A DNA stretch of 63,436 nt from Octopus bimaculoides (GCF_001194135.2 NC_068984.1:24260809-24324244), one strand, 5' to 3'; positions 1 through 11,915 are shown, numbered from the stretch's first letter. Notes: generated by a model not told the origin, from the sequence alone. Made by a program: numbers and translations.

Positions 1-35
<35 letters not shown>

Positions 36-395
36 TTACGTATACACTTTACACAAGCTGTCTCAACTAATTCTGCCAAAGTCCAACAAGGTAGAAGTGG
101 AATGATTGAACAAGCAGTGGAAACGAGGTGTTAGTATGTGCCAATCAATTTTTTTGATAAATAAAAAAAATAAAGCTATGATGACAAAAAAAGAAAAATG
201 AATCCTAGTGACAATATGTCTTGATTACAGAAAGATATCCAATTTTATCCTTCACTCAATGTTGCTTTAGTCACAGCACTTGACAAAACTGCTTCTGCTG
301 CCCCAGTCACTGCCATTGAAAAGCTCACAAAGATCTGGTCAACAACACTTATAATTGTGACTAAAAATTGAATGATAATCTCTGATGCTCAGCTT

Positions 396-790
396 GTGGA
401 GGCGCAATGGTCCAGTGGTTAGGGTAGCGGACTCGCGGTCATAGGATGATTGCGGTTTCGATTCCCAGACCAGGCATTGTGAGTATTTATTGAGCGAAAA
501 CACCTAAAGCTCCACGAGGCTCCGGCAGGGAATGGTGGCGAACCCTGCTGTACTCTTTCACCACAACTTCCTCTCACTCTTACTTCCTGTTTCTGTTGTG
601 CCTGTAATTCAAAGGGCCAGCCTTGTCACACACTGTGTCACGCTGAATATCCCTGAGAACTATGTTAAGGGTACACGTGTCTGTGGAGTACTCAACCACT
701 TGCACGTTAATTTCACAAGCAGGCTGTTCCGTTGATTGGATCAACTGGAACCCTCGTCGTCGTAAGCGACGGAGTGCCGAAGAGAAGAGA
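396..790 (+). mobile_element. Full-length tRNA-derived SINE (family C) with RTE-like 3' tail and 12-bp TSD
   Basis: Head GTGGAGGCGCAATGGTCCAGTGGTTAGG has an A-box, a tRNA-Arg-like TCG loop and a B-box-like GGTTTCGATTCCC. The direct repeat GATGCTCAGCTT at 384-395 and 791-802 brackets the element. A close antisense copy lies at about 49385-49764. Confidence 0.9.
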
Positions 791-1660
791 GATGCTCAGC
801 TTATTTTTGGTACTAGGTCCACTATAATTTCTTCTGTAAAAGTCTAATGGGTAGGTGTTAAACGCTACAACAGAAAATGGCATTAATGCTACACAATTTT
901 CTTTTATAATAGATCTCCTGTGCTGTACAAAGATTTTTTACAATATATAGAAATAAATATAGTGACAACATATTTAGTTGATACAATGATGAAATTTGTT
1001 CATACTTATTTGATAGTTGAACACAGACAACTTTATGAACCTTAACATCAATTGTCTCTCTATCTCTCATGTTCTGCCCAGTGAACATAACATATACTTA
1101 TGTGTAGATTAAAATCAAACAGTGGAACCAAAACTGTTACTGAAAACTTATTTTAGCAGACTTTGAAAAATGTATATATCCATTGGAGTTTTTGTCTTAT
1201 AACAAAACAATATCTCATAATGCAATTTGCAGTACCAGTATCAGTATTTGGGATATTTACTTGGTTTATAGAGGAAATCCACTCCATAGATATTAGATCC
1301 TGCAAGATTGAAACATCAATTTGAAATTTGTGTGGGAATGAATAATGATAATAATAGGCTTTGTCTCAAAAAAAAAAAAAAAAAAAAAAAANNNNNNNNN
1401 NAAAAAAAAAAAAAAAAAGAAAAAAAGGGAACAAGAAGAGAGGCTTCAGATCAATAAAGATATTCGTTGATTGTCAAATGGTATCATTGATATAACACAT
1501 CTGCAAGCTAACAACAGTAAAACCAAGTACTCAAAAGTGAGGAAAACAAGTTAAATGTGAAGTCTTCAAGAAACACTCACTTCTTGAATGCACATCACAT
1601 GATTCCAGAGTTGCTAGAGAAGTTTAACTTCACAAAGATCTAAGGAAAAACACTCTCCAT

Positions 1661-2049
1661 ATAGGCTGTGTGGTTAAGAACCTCACTTTGAAACTACATA
1701 ATTTGGGATTCAGTCTCACTGTATGGTGCCTAGGGTAACTGTCTTCCACCATAGTGTCCCAGTCCGACCAATGCTTTGCGAGTGAATATGGTAGATGGAA
1801 ACTGTGTAGAAGCATGCACACACACACACACACACACATCAATGTGTATAAGTCTTTGTATCTGTGTATGTTGCCCTCACTCACCATTTGGCAACTGTTG
1901 GTTTGTTTATACTTCAGTGACTTAGTGGTTTGGCAAAAGACATTGATAGAATAAGTACCAGACTTAAAATGAGTATGGAGATTGATTTGTTTGACTAATC
2001 CCTTCAAAGCCATGGTCCAATGACTGAAATAAGTAAAAGATAAAAGATA
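1661..2049 (+). mobile_element. SINE family A (tRNA-like head, CORE-like CACCTTGGGCAAG block, internal microsatellite, (TAAAAGA)n tail)
   Basis: Collinear with the well-preserved copies at 32937-33389 and 54357-54768; internal (CA)n at the family-typical position. Confidence 0.8.
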
Positions 2050-2244
2050 CCAAAAAAAAAAAAAAGTTATCCATGGATATGTTTTCTGTAGTCTTGAAGA
2101 AGATGATGCTATCATAACAAGAAGTGTAGCCTTTCTTGGATTCATGACCATTGCATAATGTCACATTTAAAGATTATAATTTTGTAATCCAAAAATAAAG
2201 GAGAGCTAAAAAAATGTCCAATGAACAAAGAGGACAAGACTTTA

Positions 2245-2570
2245 AATGCTTGAACTGTGACTAATAATGTTGATTATGTCAATTCCATTTAATTGAAACT
2301 GATCTTAATATCAACAGAACTGAGCATTTCAACATCCTTGATAAAATTTTGATACTACGGATTGCTAAACATTATGATCCAAATGGAATTTTATGTTCAT
2401 CCAAGACTCTGCACCAGAATGTGGTTCAAAGCATGTACAGGATCATTTGAAGAGAAAACTTCCACTATTTGTCCCCCCAAAATTCTGGCACTTCTAGCTC
2501 ACCAGATCTAAATCCATGTAGCTTGGATGTGGGGCATCACTGAAGATAAATCCAATCCAATGTAACATCT
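2245..2570 (+). pseudogene. Degraded Tc1/mariner (maT/DD37D-like) transposase fragment
   Basis: Manual translation gives NINRTEHFNILDKIL..., then FIQDSAPECGSKHVQDHLKRKLPLFVPPKFW, then after a frameshift SSPDLNP..WMWGITEDK. This matches the QDxAP and WPxxSPDLNP motifs of the DDD catalytic domain. Frameshifts and stops are present. Confidence 0.75.
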
Positions 2571-2591
2571 TGCATATGAATCCTATATTAA

Positions 2592-2813
2592 CCCTTTGCC
2601 TATTATGAGCATCACAGAACATATTTCCCTGGTGTCCATACATCATATATGATACACATTCTCAATTTTATCCAACAACTAGGGTAACTTGGGACTCATG
2701 AAAAGAAAACTTTATGTTAATCAGAACATATGGAACAAGAGCTAATTAAAAGTCTGAAAATAAGCTTGGACATTCAGGACAAACTTATGAAAGTGTTTTG
2801 GACAAGTAAAAGG
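2592..2813. mobile_element. Probable piggyBac-like MITE (old)
   Basis: TTAA|CCCTTT at the left end and AAAGG|TTAA at the right end; 222 bp, the same size class as other TTAA MITEs here; TIR short and degenerate. Confidence 0.4.
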
Positions 2814-3713
2814 TTAAATTCACTCTAGTGTGTTACTGGTACTCAGTTTCTTCCCTGAAGGAATGAAAGAAAAAGTAGTTTTGAGTAGACTTTGAACTCA
2901 GGATGTAGCTAGTTGAAACTAAAAGCTATAAATCACTTCAGCTCAGTGCTTTCGCATCTATACCAGCTTGATGAAACAACATCTCAGTGATATATTGAAG
3001 TAGGTAACTTAATTTATGAGCTACAAGATTTATTCTCCAATACAAGTCAGATCAAAAGAATCCACAACAATTTGTAAATAAATAAAAATAAAAATCTGTT
3101 TAAGAAACCAGCTAATTATGTACCGGATTTTTGGTGCTGCTTTCTAAATGTCTAAACATTTAAATTTCAAATTACTGAAGTTTAAATGTTTGGTATTCAT
3201 AGCTGAGTGTTTGCACACATTGCTTTTTTAAAATGTTATATCAAAGATTTTTCAGAACAAAAAAAAAGACAAAAATATATGTACACACACACACGCACAA
3301 ATACACATACATGTGCAAATACACAAATGTACACACACACACACACACATTCTTTAATTCTCTGAGTGTGGATAATTTCTTTTGATTAAAGCCAGAGACA
3401 ATTTTTATAAGGGAGAGGCGTACAATAAATTAGGTTGACCTCACCATATTACTGACTCTTATTTTATCAACAACTATGGATAGATGAAAGTCAAAGCCAT
3501 CTCATAGCAGGATTTAAATAATGAGAAAAGGTACAAAACTAGATTAAGAAAGAAGAAAATGAAGAACTGGTAAGAATTTTGTTATGCTAGAAATATAACT
3601 TGCATTATTTTGTATAAGAATTACATTTGTCCAGACTTGTAACTTCTCATGAACATTTTATTCGTCTTGTTGGAAGCTATGAATTAGAGGGAATTAAGAA
3701 TTAAGGTAATAAG

Positions 3714-4020
3714 TGCAGGTATAGCTGTGCAGTTAAGAAGTTTGCTTCCCATCCATATGGTTCAGTTCCACATGGGAAATTGTCTTTTACTATAGCCCAG
3801 GCTGACCACTGTCTTATACTATAGCCCAAGGCTGATCAAAGCCTTGTGAGTGGATTTGGTAGAAAGAAACCTGTCATCTATGCATGTATATCTGTGCGTG
3901 GGTGTGATTGAGTGTGTATGTGCATATGTATGTTTAGTCTCCGTGACTCAACATCGTTCAATGGTTGTAAACAAGTGTCACCATCATGCAGGTAATCCTG
4001 TTTGCTTCTAGTCTTCTATA
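3714..4020 (+). mobile_element. SINE family A, diverged, 3' truncated or variant
   Basis: Head GCTGTGCAGTTAAGAAGTTTGCTTCCC..GGTTCAGTTCC and body CCTTGTGAGTGGATTTGGTAGA. Confidence 0.7.
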
Positions 4021-4425
4021 GAAGCCTGTTTTTTTTAATTATAACAAATTTTCATACATGTAAAGGAAAGAACTCAAACGAGAATGCAGATCATTTTACT
4101 TTTCCTTTTCACTTTTATCCTCTTCTGATTCCAACATCTTTGGTGTCCAGAATACATTGGACATTATCAACAGTCCCACCTTCTTTTGTCAAGAAGGAAA
4201 ATGACAGGAGTACCAATGAACCTAATGATTGTATTATGCAACTATTACATGAAGCACAAATTATCTGTAGCTCATAAACTAGCACTTGATTGCATTACAT
4301 GATTAAACTCTACAACTAGTTTGGTATTGAGTGTTCTCACATAATGTTATGTATATGTCCGCATGTGTGTATGTGTGTGTACATAGACAGATAGAAAAAC
4401 AGACTGACACTTATATATATATATA

Positions 4426-5179
4426 NNNNNNNNNNNNNNNNNNNNNNNNNNNNNNNNNNNNNNNNNNNNNNNNNNNNNNNNNNNNNNNNNNNNNNNNNNN
4501 NNNNNNNNNNNNNNNNNNNNNNNNNNNNNNNNNNNNNNNNNNNNNNNNNNNNNNNNNNNNNNNNNNNNNNNNNNNNNNNNNNNNNNNNNNNNNNNNNNNN
4601 NNNNNNNNNNNNNNNNNNNNNNNNNNNNNNNNNNNNNNNNNNNNNNNNNNNNNNNNNNNNNNNNNNNNNNNNNNNNNNNNNNNNNNNNNNNNNNNNNNNN
4701 NNNNNNNNNNNNNNNNNNNNNNNNNNNNNNNNNNNNNNNNNNNNNNNNNNNNNNNNNNNNNNNNNNNNNNNNNNNNNNNNNNNNNNNNNNNNNNNNNNNN
4801 NNNNNNNNNNNNNNNNNNNNNNNNNNNNNNNNNNNNNNNNNNNNNNNNNNNNNNNNNNNNNNNNNNNNNNNNNNNNNNNNNNNNNNNNNNNNNNNNNNNN
4901 NNNNNNNNNNNNNNNNNNNNNNNNNNNNNNNNNNNNNNNNNNNNNNNNNNNNNNNNNNNNNNNNNNNNNNNNNNNNNNNNNNNNNNNNNNNNNNNNNNNN
5001 NNNNNNNNNNNNNNNNNNNNNNNNNNNNNNNNNNNNNNNNNNNNNNNNNNNNNNNNNNNNNNNNNNNNNNNNNNNNNNNNNNNNNNNNNNNNNNNNNNNN
5101 NNNNNNNNNNNNNNNNNNNNNNNNNNNNNNNNNNNNNNNNNNNNNNNNNNNNNNNNNNNNNNNNNNNNNNNNNNNNNNN
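4426..5179. other. Assembly gap (N-run) flanked by (TA)n and (GA)n
   Basis: Seen directly. Other gaps: 1392-1401, 6961-7071, 12180-12335, 15915-16901, 22984-23056, 37461-37470, 45836-46069, 50457-50466. Confidence 1.
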
Positions 5180-5230
<51 letters not shown>

Positions 5231-5574
5231 CATGATGAGTGCTGAAGTTAAGCTTGCAGTATAATTACAAGTAGACTGCTATTAAATTTTCTATGAAGTA
5301 AGGCAGTGAGTACCATTTGTAATCAAATGAATAGGTATCAGTGGCTGTTAAAGCTCCAGTGATTGAGGGAAATTTCTCATCAATGTTGCTAGGATGAAAG
5401 TTGATAAAGCTAACTTAACATGTTATGAATGCATAATGAGATAGAGCTTATTAAAACATACTGTGTATGTCTATAAGACTTTTTTCATCCACTGATGATT
5501 GTGTGCGTTACATGAGATACTGAGATCTCAAAACTGGAGTCTTGTACGAATATATATTTTAATATTTATATATA

Positions 5575-5862
5575 TAAAGGCCATGTAAAAAGCATCCAGT
5601 CCACACTATAAAGTGGTTGGCATTTGGAAGGACATCCAGCTGTAAAAACCATGCCAAAACTGACCTCACCTGTGTCTATGCCATATAAAAAGCACTCAGT
5701 TCACACTGCTGGGTGGTTGGTATTAGGAAGGGCATCCTGCTGTAAAAACAATGCCAAAACAGACACAGAAGTCTGGTGCAATCTTCTGCCTGGTCAGCTC
5801 TTGTGAAACCGCCGAACCCATGCCAGCATGGAAGAAGGATGTTAAACAATGATGATGATGAA
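5575..5862 (+). mobile_element. RTE LINE 3' tail (family R) with internal tandem duplication, ending in (ATG)n
   Basis: GGCATTAGGAAGGGCATCC-like block occurs twice, followed by CCATGCCAGCATGG and ATG repeats; homologous to the tail following the RTE ORF end at 42564-43008. Confidence 0.75.
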
Positions 5863-5870
5863 ACTGATGA

Positions 5871-6066
5871 AAGGTAGCAAGCTGGCAGAATCAGTATGCC
5901 AGTTAAAATACTTAGTGGCATTTCATCCATTTTTATGTCCTGAGTACAAATTCCGCTGAGGTTCACTTCACCTTTCATTCTTTTGGAGTCGATAAAATAA
6001 GTACCAGTTGAGCACTGGGGTCAACGTAACCAAACTTTCAGGCCTTATGTCAAAATTTGAAATCAA
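5871..6066 (+). mobile_element. SINE family B (tRNA-like head plus conserved TGCCTTTCATCCTTTCGGGGTCGATAAAATAAGTACCAG core)
   Basis: Collinear with copies at 47257-47487, 54982-55196 and 21942-22158. Confidence 0.75.
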
Positions 6067-6540
6067 TATTTATACATATAAATTATGTTGTTCCTTTAAA
6101 TATTTAGATGTTTAACTATAGGCATAGCTTAATTAGCTCTGTTTCAAGACACTGAACATTTTTGTGATATTCACATTCACATATAATTATATATACTGCA
6201 AGATTTCATTAAATAAGCAGAGGACTACATACTGTTATTTTGTTTACATACATTTTCCTAGAAATGTTGACGGTATATAGCCTTTATAGTTATTTTTGGT
6301 TGTTGTATTTATTCTATTGTATTTTGTTTCATTTACAAAAGAAAACATGTAACACTGTATTAAATATATATGATTATAAGATCTATTTTCTCTACTGATC
6401 ATTGTGTATGTAAATGATGGTTGTCTATGAAACATATGAAACTGGGAGATTTCAAAGTCTAGAGTTTTATAGTAGTACTTATATTAATGCCTGCCAATAT
6501 AGATTCTGTTGTTTTCTGCATGATTATACATATATATTAT

Positions 6541-6925
6541 GTGCTTATAGGTAAGAAGCTTGCTTCACAACTACACGGTTCTGGGTTCAGTTACACTGTA
6601 TGGCACCTTCTAATATAGTCTCAGGTTGACCAAGATCTTGTAAGTGGATTTGGCAGACGGAAACTGAAAGAAGCCCATATATATATATATTTATATATTT
6701 GTGTATATCTGTGTTTGTCCTCCACCACTGCTTGACAACTGGTGTTGGTGTGCATATGTTCCCGTAACTTAGCAGTTAGGTAAAAGAGACTGATAGAATA
6801 AGTACCAGACTTAAAGAAAATATAAAGTACTGGGGTCAATTTATTTGACCAAAATTCTTCAAGGCAGTGCCCCAGCATGGCTTCAATCTAATGATTGAAA
6901 CAAGTAAATGAATAAAAGAGCAAAA

Positions 6926-6927
<2 letters not shown>
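6541..6927 (+). mobile_element. SINE family A
   Basis: Head, body, internal (TA)n and tail are all collinear with the copy at 54357-54768. Confidence 0.85.
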
Positions 6928-6960
<33 letters not shown>

Positions 6961-7351
6961 NNNNNNNNNNNNNNNNNNNNNNNNNNNNNNNNNNNNNNNN
7001 NNNNNNNNNNNNNNNNNNNNNNNNNNNNNNNNNNNNNNNNNNNNNNNNNNNNNNNNNNNNNNNNNNNNNNNAGTGTTAGGTGTGATGTACAGAATTGAAT
7101 ATTGAAAAAAGTCATCAGAATTTAGGAAAAAACTTTTTTTATTTTATTATATCTTCATTTTCATATTAATGCTTTCGTTCATCTTTTGAACTTGTCAAAT
7201 ACATTTCTGTGAATATACAGATATCTTGCTTATTTATATAAAACATGTTTTTGGGGGATTTTGTTTATAAGAGAACATTGTTTTTGTTTTGTTTTTTTGG
7301 GGTGAGGCTTTGGAGACAATGGAAGATGGATACACAGATAGATAGATAGAC

Positions 7352-7393
<42 letters not shown>

Positions 7394-7898
7394 TCAGACA
7401 GGTAGAAAGATGGGTAGGGTAAAAGAGAGAGAGAAGGGCTATTCATTTTCCTATCCACCACTTTTCATTGCATTGAAATGGTCTTTTTAAGAATTGTAAA
7501 AAAAAAAAAAAAAAAATTAATAAATAGAAGTAAAAACTTGTTTACTGCTTACACCATTGTTTTGAAATGGTTTCTAGAGATGGTAAGAAAAGAAAGAAAA
7601 CAAAGAAAAAAAATAGAGAATAAGAAATAAAAAATAAATAATAAAAAAATGTTTTTCTATCCTTTCTGTTTTAGTCCTTTCTTTTTATGTTCTTTGAGTT
7701 ATATTTAGAATATATTCCTGTCATACATTTATTTATTTTTGGTAAGGTGTAGTTCTGTATGAGAATACATAAGTATAATATTTGTAAATAAAATCAATTA
7801 GTAAGTAAAATAAAATAACTATATACATCATATCATACCCATACATATATACATATACATACATACAAAACGTACTCTTTGCTTTTCTTTTTTCTCTT

Positions 7899-8390
7899 TC
7901 AAACATTTAACTTCGGAGAGAATCTTTTTATGAAGTGTAGTTCCATTGCCTTTCGGTATTGCGGATCGTCCCGTGTATATTTGTAAAAGGGAAAGATTTT
8001 GAACTTTCCGTCTCCGCATATTTCTAGATGTTTACTCAATGCAATCTTTCGTAGTTCTTCCTGCCGGATATGTTGCCTGTGAATTCTTGCACGTTGGCAG
8101 AGGGAGTTATTCGTTTCACCAATGTAATTTTCTTTACAGTTTGGGCAGGTAATGCAGTATATGAGATTTTGTGTTTTACAGTTCATATCTGCATTTATTT
8201 GAAAAATGGATCTGCTCTTGAACTTTATGTGGGAACCACTTTCTATGTACTTGAAGTTGTTGGTATTGTTACACGTTCCACATCTCCTATCTCTACATTC
8301 TTTTAGTATGAATTCTGGTTTATTCTCTGATCTGAATTCTGCCCTTGTGAGGTGATTTTTAAGAGTTTTTAGTTGGTGTCTGCTATTCCG
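7899..8390 (-). mobile_element. Penelope-like retroelement, 5'-truncated: open GIY-YIG endonuclease domain
   Basis: Stop-free reading ...HLTRAEF..ECRDRRCGTC..NCKTQNLIYCITCPNCKENYIGET..RARIHRQHI..ALSKHL..RKAMELHFIKRFSPKLNV*. The upstream CxxC, the LIY/YIG motif, conserved R and H residues and the terminal ExxxI..LN are typical of PLE endonucleases. Confidence 0.92.
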
Positions 8391-8391
8391 T

Positions 8392-8608
8392 AAGGGTTGA
8401 CCAAAAGTCACCTGACAGTAAATCAAAACCGTTCAATTTCAAGATTGACTGAATGAATTTAATAAAAGCATCTAAATATGAACCATCATGAAAATTGTTC
8501 AAACTGAAGTCCTTCTTGAGTGACACATTTTTCCATTTAAATCAATGCAGAATTACAGACAGTGTTTATGGAATTTTGAATCACAGTTGGGTGACTTTTG
8601 GCCAACCC

Positions 8609-8610
<2 letters not shown>
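8392..8610. mobile_element. Tc1/mariner-type MITE
   Basis: Inverted ends AGGGTTGACCAAAAGTCACC (8393-) and GGTGACTTTTGGCCAACCCTG (-8610) in TA-rich flanks; CAGGGT(T)GGCCAAAAGT is a typical Tc1/mariner TIR start. Confidence 0.75.
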
Positions 8611-8642
<32 letters not shown>

Positions 8643-8832
8643 ACACATACCACATAAACACACACAAGCATGCATGCACACACACACAAATGTTGCAGCG
8701 TGTTAATGGAAGTGGAAGAAAGTACTCAATATATAGTATACAAACATGTAAATGTGTGTATGTAGTAAAAGTCAACTTTTTATAGGAAAGTATTGTAGTT
8801 CTCTTGAAGCATTGTGCATTGTTTGTAAAGAA

Positions 8833-8995
8833 TGAAAAGTTTTGAATGGTACAACAATGCACTATAATACAAAAATGGACTATATACCTGTTGTAATTTA
8901 GTTATCTATCATCGGACTATAGATAACTAAATTACAACAGGTATATAGTCCATTTTTGTATTATAGTGCATTGTTGTACCATTCAAAACTTTTCA
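8833..8995. repeat. Perfect inverted repeat, 77-bp arms and 9-nt loop
   Basis: 8833-8909 is the exact reverse complement of 8919-8995 (checked base by base); loop CATCGGACT. Confidence 0.97.
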
Positions 8996-9227
8996 ACTTT
9001 TTATATCCAAACAAGTTTTTTAATCATCCAATATTTACTTGCTAGTATTTATAGCTTTAACTACTTCAAGATCCACCATTAAAAATTTATTTCAATTTCT
9101 TGAAGTTTCAAAATTCTTCTGATGTAAGCAACATGTAATTTTTGCTGGTAAGAACAGAGTATCAAAAACAGCAAGAGAATTTCAAAGGATTAGCTCCCTC
9201 GACTAAGTCTGTATGTGCGTGGGGGAT

Positions 9228-9269
<42 letters not shown>

Positions 9270-9348
9270 AGAAGGCTGAAAGCCAGGTGCCAAGAGTCTA
9301 AAGTATGATAGAGGGACAAGTGTGTGCACACACACACATATTTATATA

Positions 9349-9609
9349 TAATGAAAGAAGGAACATGAGTGTGAACTTGGTATTCTTGTATTACATCCAT
9401 TACATATATTTCAGTATTTGGTAATTAAATGATGTTACACTCTTCAGTCCAAGAAGATGCTCAGTCTTGATTATGTTATGCTGCATTTATAAGCTGCATA
9501 TATGGATTGCATTTAAAGTGTGATATCACTTAATTACTGAATACCAAAAGATATGTAAAAGATGTAATAGAAGAATACCAAGTTCACAACCATGCTTCTT
9601 CTTTCGTTA
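9349..9609. repeat. Imperfect fold-back element, about 78-bp arms and 105-nt spacer
   Basis: 9349-9426 pairs with 9532-9609 (e.g. GTGAACTTGGTATTCTT vs AAGAATACCAAGTTCAC). Confidence 0.85.
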
Positions 9610-10000
9610 TTAATGTCCCCTTTACATTACACTATAGCCCTTCTCAGACTACACCGAACCCTTCGGGAATACGCAACAGTGGGAGTTTAATGTGAGTACA
9701 AATGAAAGTCACAACTTGAATGGTAAGCTTGTGCACAGAATAAAGAATTCAATACAAGTTTATAGAGCCTAACATTATAATGTATGTGTATATGTTCATA
9801 CATATGTATGTATATACATTTGTATGCAATTGTATATTTATATTTAAACAATACATGCAGATACAGCGAAGCTATTTTAAATTCAATCTTCTATTAGCCA
9901 TCAATGAAAAGAGAATAAGAGGGGGCTGAGGGAGAGTAAAGTTTCCTTTTTAAAATATGGAACATTGTAGTTATATCATGAAACTGAGATAACTATACTG

Positions 10001-10200
10001 ATTTCTAGCATTGGCACAAGGTTACAAATTCCAAGGGAGTGTATAGCCAATTCAACTTGACTAGTAGTTTGTTACTGACCCCCAGAGGAATGAAAGGCAA
10101 AAGCAACTTTCATTTGAAGTCAGAATGTAAAGGGCTGCAATAAAATACTGCAAAGCAATTTTGTGGTATTTTGTTGCAACAATGATTCTGCCAATTGAAT
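10001..10200 (-). mobile_element. SINE family B, diverged
   Basis: Antisense core GACCCC..GAATGAAAGGCAAA and tail TTTCTAGCATTGGCACAAGG. Confidence 0.6.
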
Positions 10201-10439
10201 GATGTTAAATTTGCTACAAATATCAGAATAGAAGGCCAGCAGTTTGGAGCTGCATATAAAATCTTGTGAAAAAAAGTACATAAAAGTGTGTTTTTTGTTA
10301 CTAAAGTTAATGTTTTCATAAGTGTTTAGCTAAATATAATCAAATTTTCCTCTGAATTAGATTAACTCCAGCGTGATAAGTTTCTATTTTGTAGATGAAC
10401 ACATTAAGTTGAGTTGAATATCTTGCCTAATGGGCAAAC

Positions 10440-10860
10440 AATTCAATGCTTGCTACAAAAAAATTTATGCCAGGAATATTAACTGTTTGCAGTGCCAATA
10501 TGCATATCAGCACCTGCTTTGGATATGTCAATAATTGAATGCAAAGTAAAATCTTTTACATTTGCTTAATTTGAAGAAAAAGTTAAACAAAATAAAGATT
10601 TGTCAGAGACTTATGTGTTGTATAATTTATTGGAAAAGAAATAAAGTGGATGAATGAATTTGCAAAGACTGTTCAAGTTATGTATGGGGATGCTAGAAGT
10701 AATACTAGAATTTATAATAGATTTAATGGGAATTGTAAAGTTCAGTTATATATTAACCAGATATATTATAATTTCACCTCTCTTGTATTAATTCTAGTTG
10801 AAGACATATTAATGCATGAGCTGTGTTATTGAGTAGTTTGAATTATAGGAAGATTTAGAG
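10440..10860 (+). pseudogene. Degraded RTE-clade reverse transcriptase fragment
   Basis: FMPG-like motif, then KTVQVMYGDARSNTRIY..KVQLYINQ..LVLILVE..HELCY, aligning by eye to RTE RT (VQxMYxDAxSxVRV..VxVGVHQGSVLSPLLF..WELLY); stops and frameshifts present. Confidence 0.55.
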
Positions 10861-11915
10861 GGCTTACTGTTTTGTCAAAGAGAATAGTAATTAAGTGAGA
10901 TTACTATTAATGGTTGTGATCAATAGAAAATAGATTCCTATCTTAAAACTGACAGCTGAAATTACTAGGTTCAGTTTCCCACAGATGTTGCAATTAATAG
11001 GTAGCCTGGGTCAGTTCTGTAGAACAGAAGTGAATAATTAAAGACTTGATGGAAAGTGAAAACTACTTATTTTCAAGATTTCACCTCCTATCCTGATATA
11101 CTGTGAATCACATGAAAGTCAATATAATGTTGGAATATAAACCAAAAGGTTAACAGTTCATATTCTGTCTCCAATACTGCACTCAATCCATGACAAAGAC
11201 ACTTAACTTTACTTAATTGAATCTAATAGGTCATATGTACATGTCATAAGTATGTACAGTTTACCATTGTAAGTTATGAGACACTGTATAAGTTGTGTTT
11301 CAATAACTTGCAGTGTTGTATTCAAATTTCTTCACATGGAAAACATAATGCCAAACCTATCCAGTACATCCTCCACTAAAATTCATCTATAAAATCCTAA
11401 GAATTATCTTTGTCTTACAAGTTGACTTTTTATCTTCCAGTACAATTGGTTCTGGTGTACTTCTTTTAAATTACCAGTTCTAAAGAAATGAAAAAAAATT
11501 AACCTGACTTTGGCAGGATTGGAGACCAGAATTAGAAGCCAGTCCAGACTATCAATTATAAACATTCAACCAGTTATTTAAAACCAAATCATTATCTTGG
11601 CTTCACTTAAAATCCAGTGTGTTTAGCTTAATCAAATTTAATTATCTGGTGAGCTGTCTATGAGGGGTCATATTGTCTGTACTAGCAAGTTAACCTTGAA
11701 ATTACCCTATAAATTATGTATTTTGTTTGTATGTATGTATGTATGTATATGCATGCACATGTACAAGAGAGAGAGAGACAGAGATGATGATAATTAAGGC
11801 AGTAAGGAATTGTCAGTTGCTATGCAAGCAAGATCAGTAATTTATGGCAAGTAAATTCTTTGCAAATTATATAATTCCCAATTATCTGTTGAAATTAGAC
11901 GGACAAACTCACATT

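Noticed and set aside
230-390. YPSLNVALVTA.. resembling a hAT dimerisation domain
   Set aside because: The conserved ERxFS motif is absent; similarity is limited to a few residues.
396-470. tRNA-Arg(TCG)-like gene
   Set aside because: It has A and B boxes but no proper acceptor stem, continues into a 320-bp body, has a TSD and a second copy: a SINE head.
4331-5245. Long ORFs in the track spanning N-runs (also 15729-16979, 45362-46577, 12050-12460)
   Set aside because: They are open only because N translates as X and dinucleotide repeats give YI, HT, RE or CV runs with no stops.
8833-8995. Calling the perfect hairpin a microRNA gene
   Set aside because: Real pre-miRNAs are shorter and imperfect, and there is no expression evidence; kept only as a hairpin finding.
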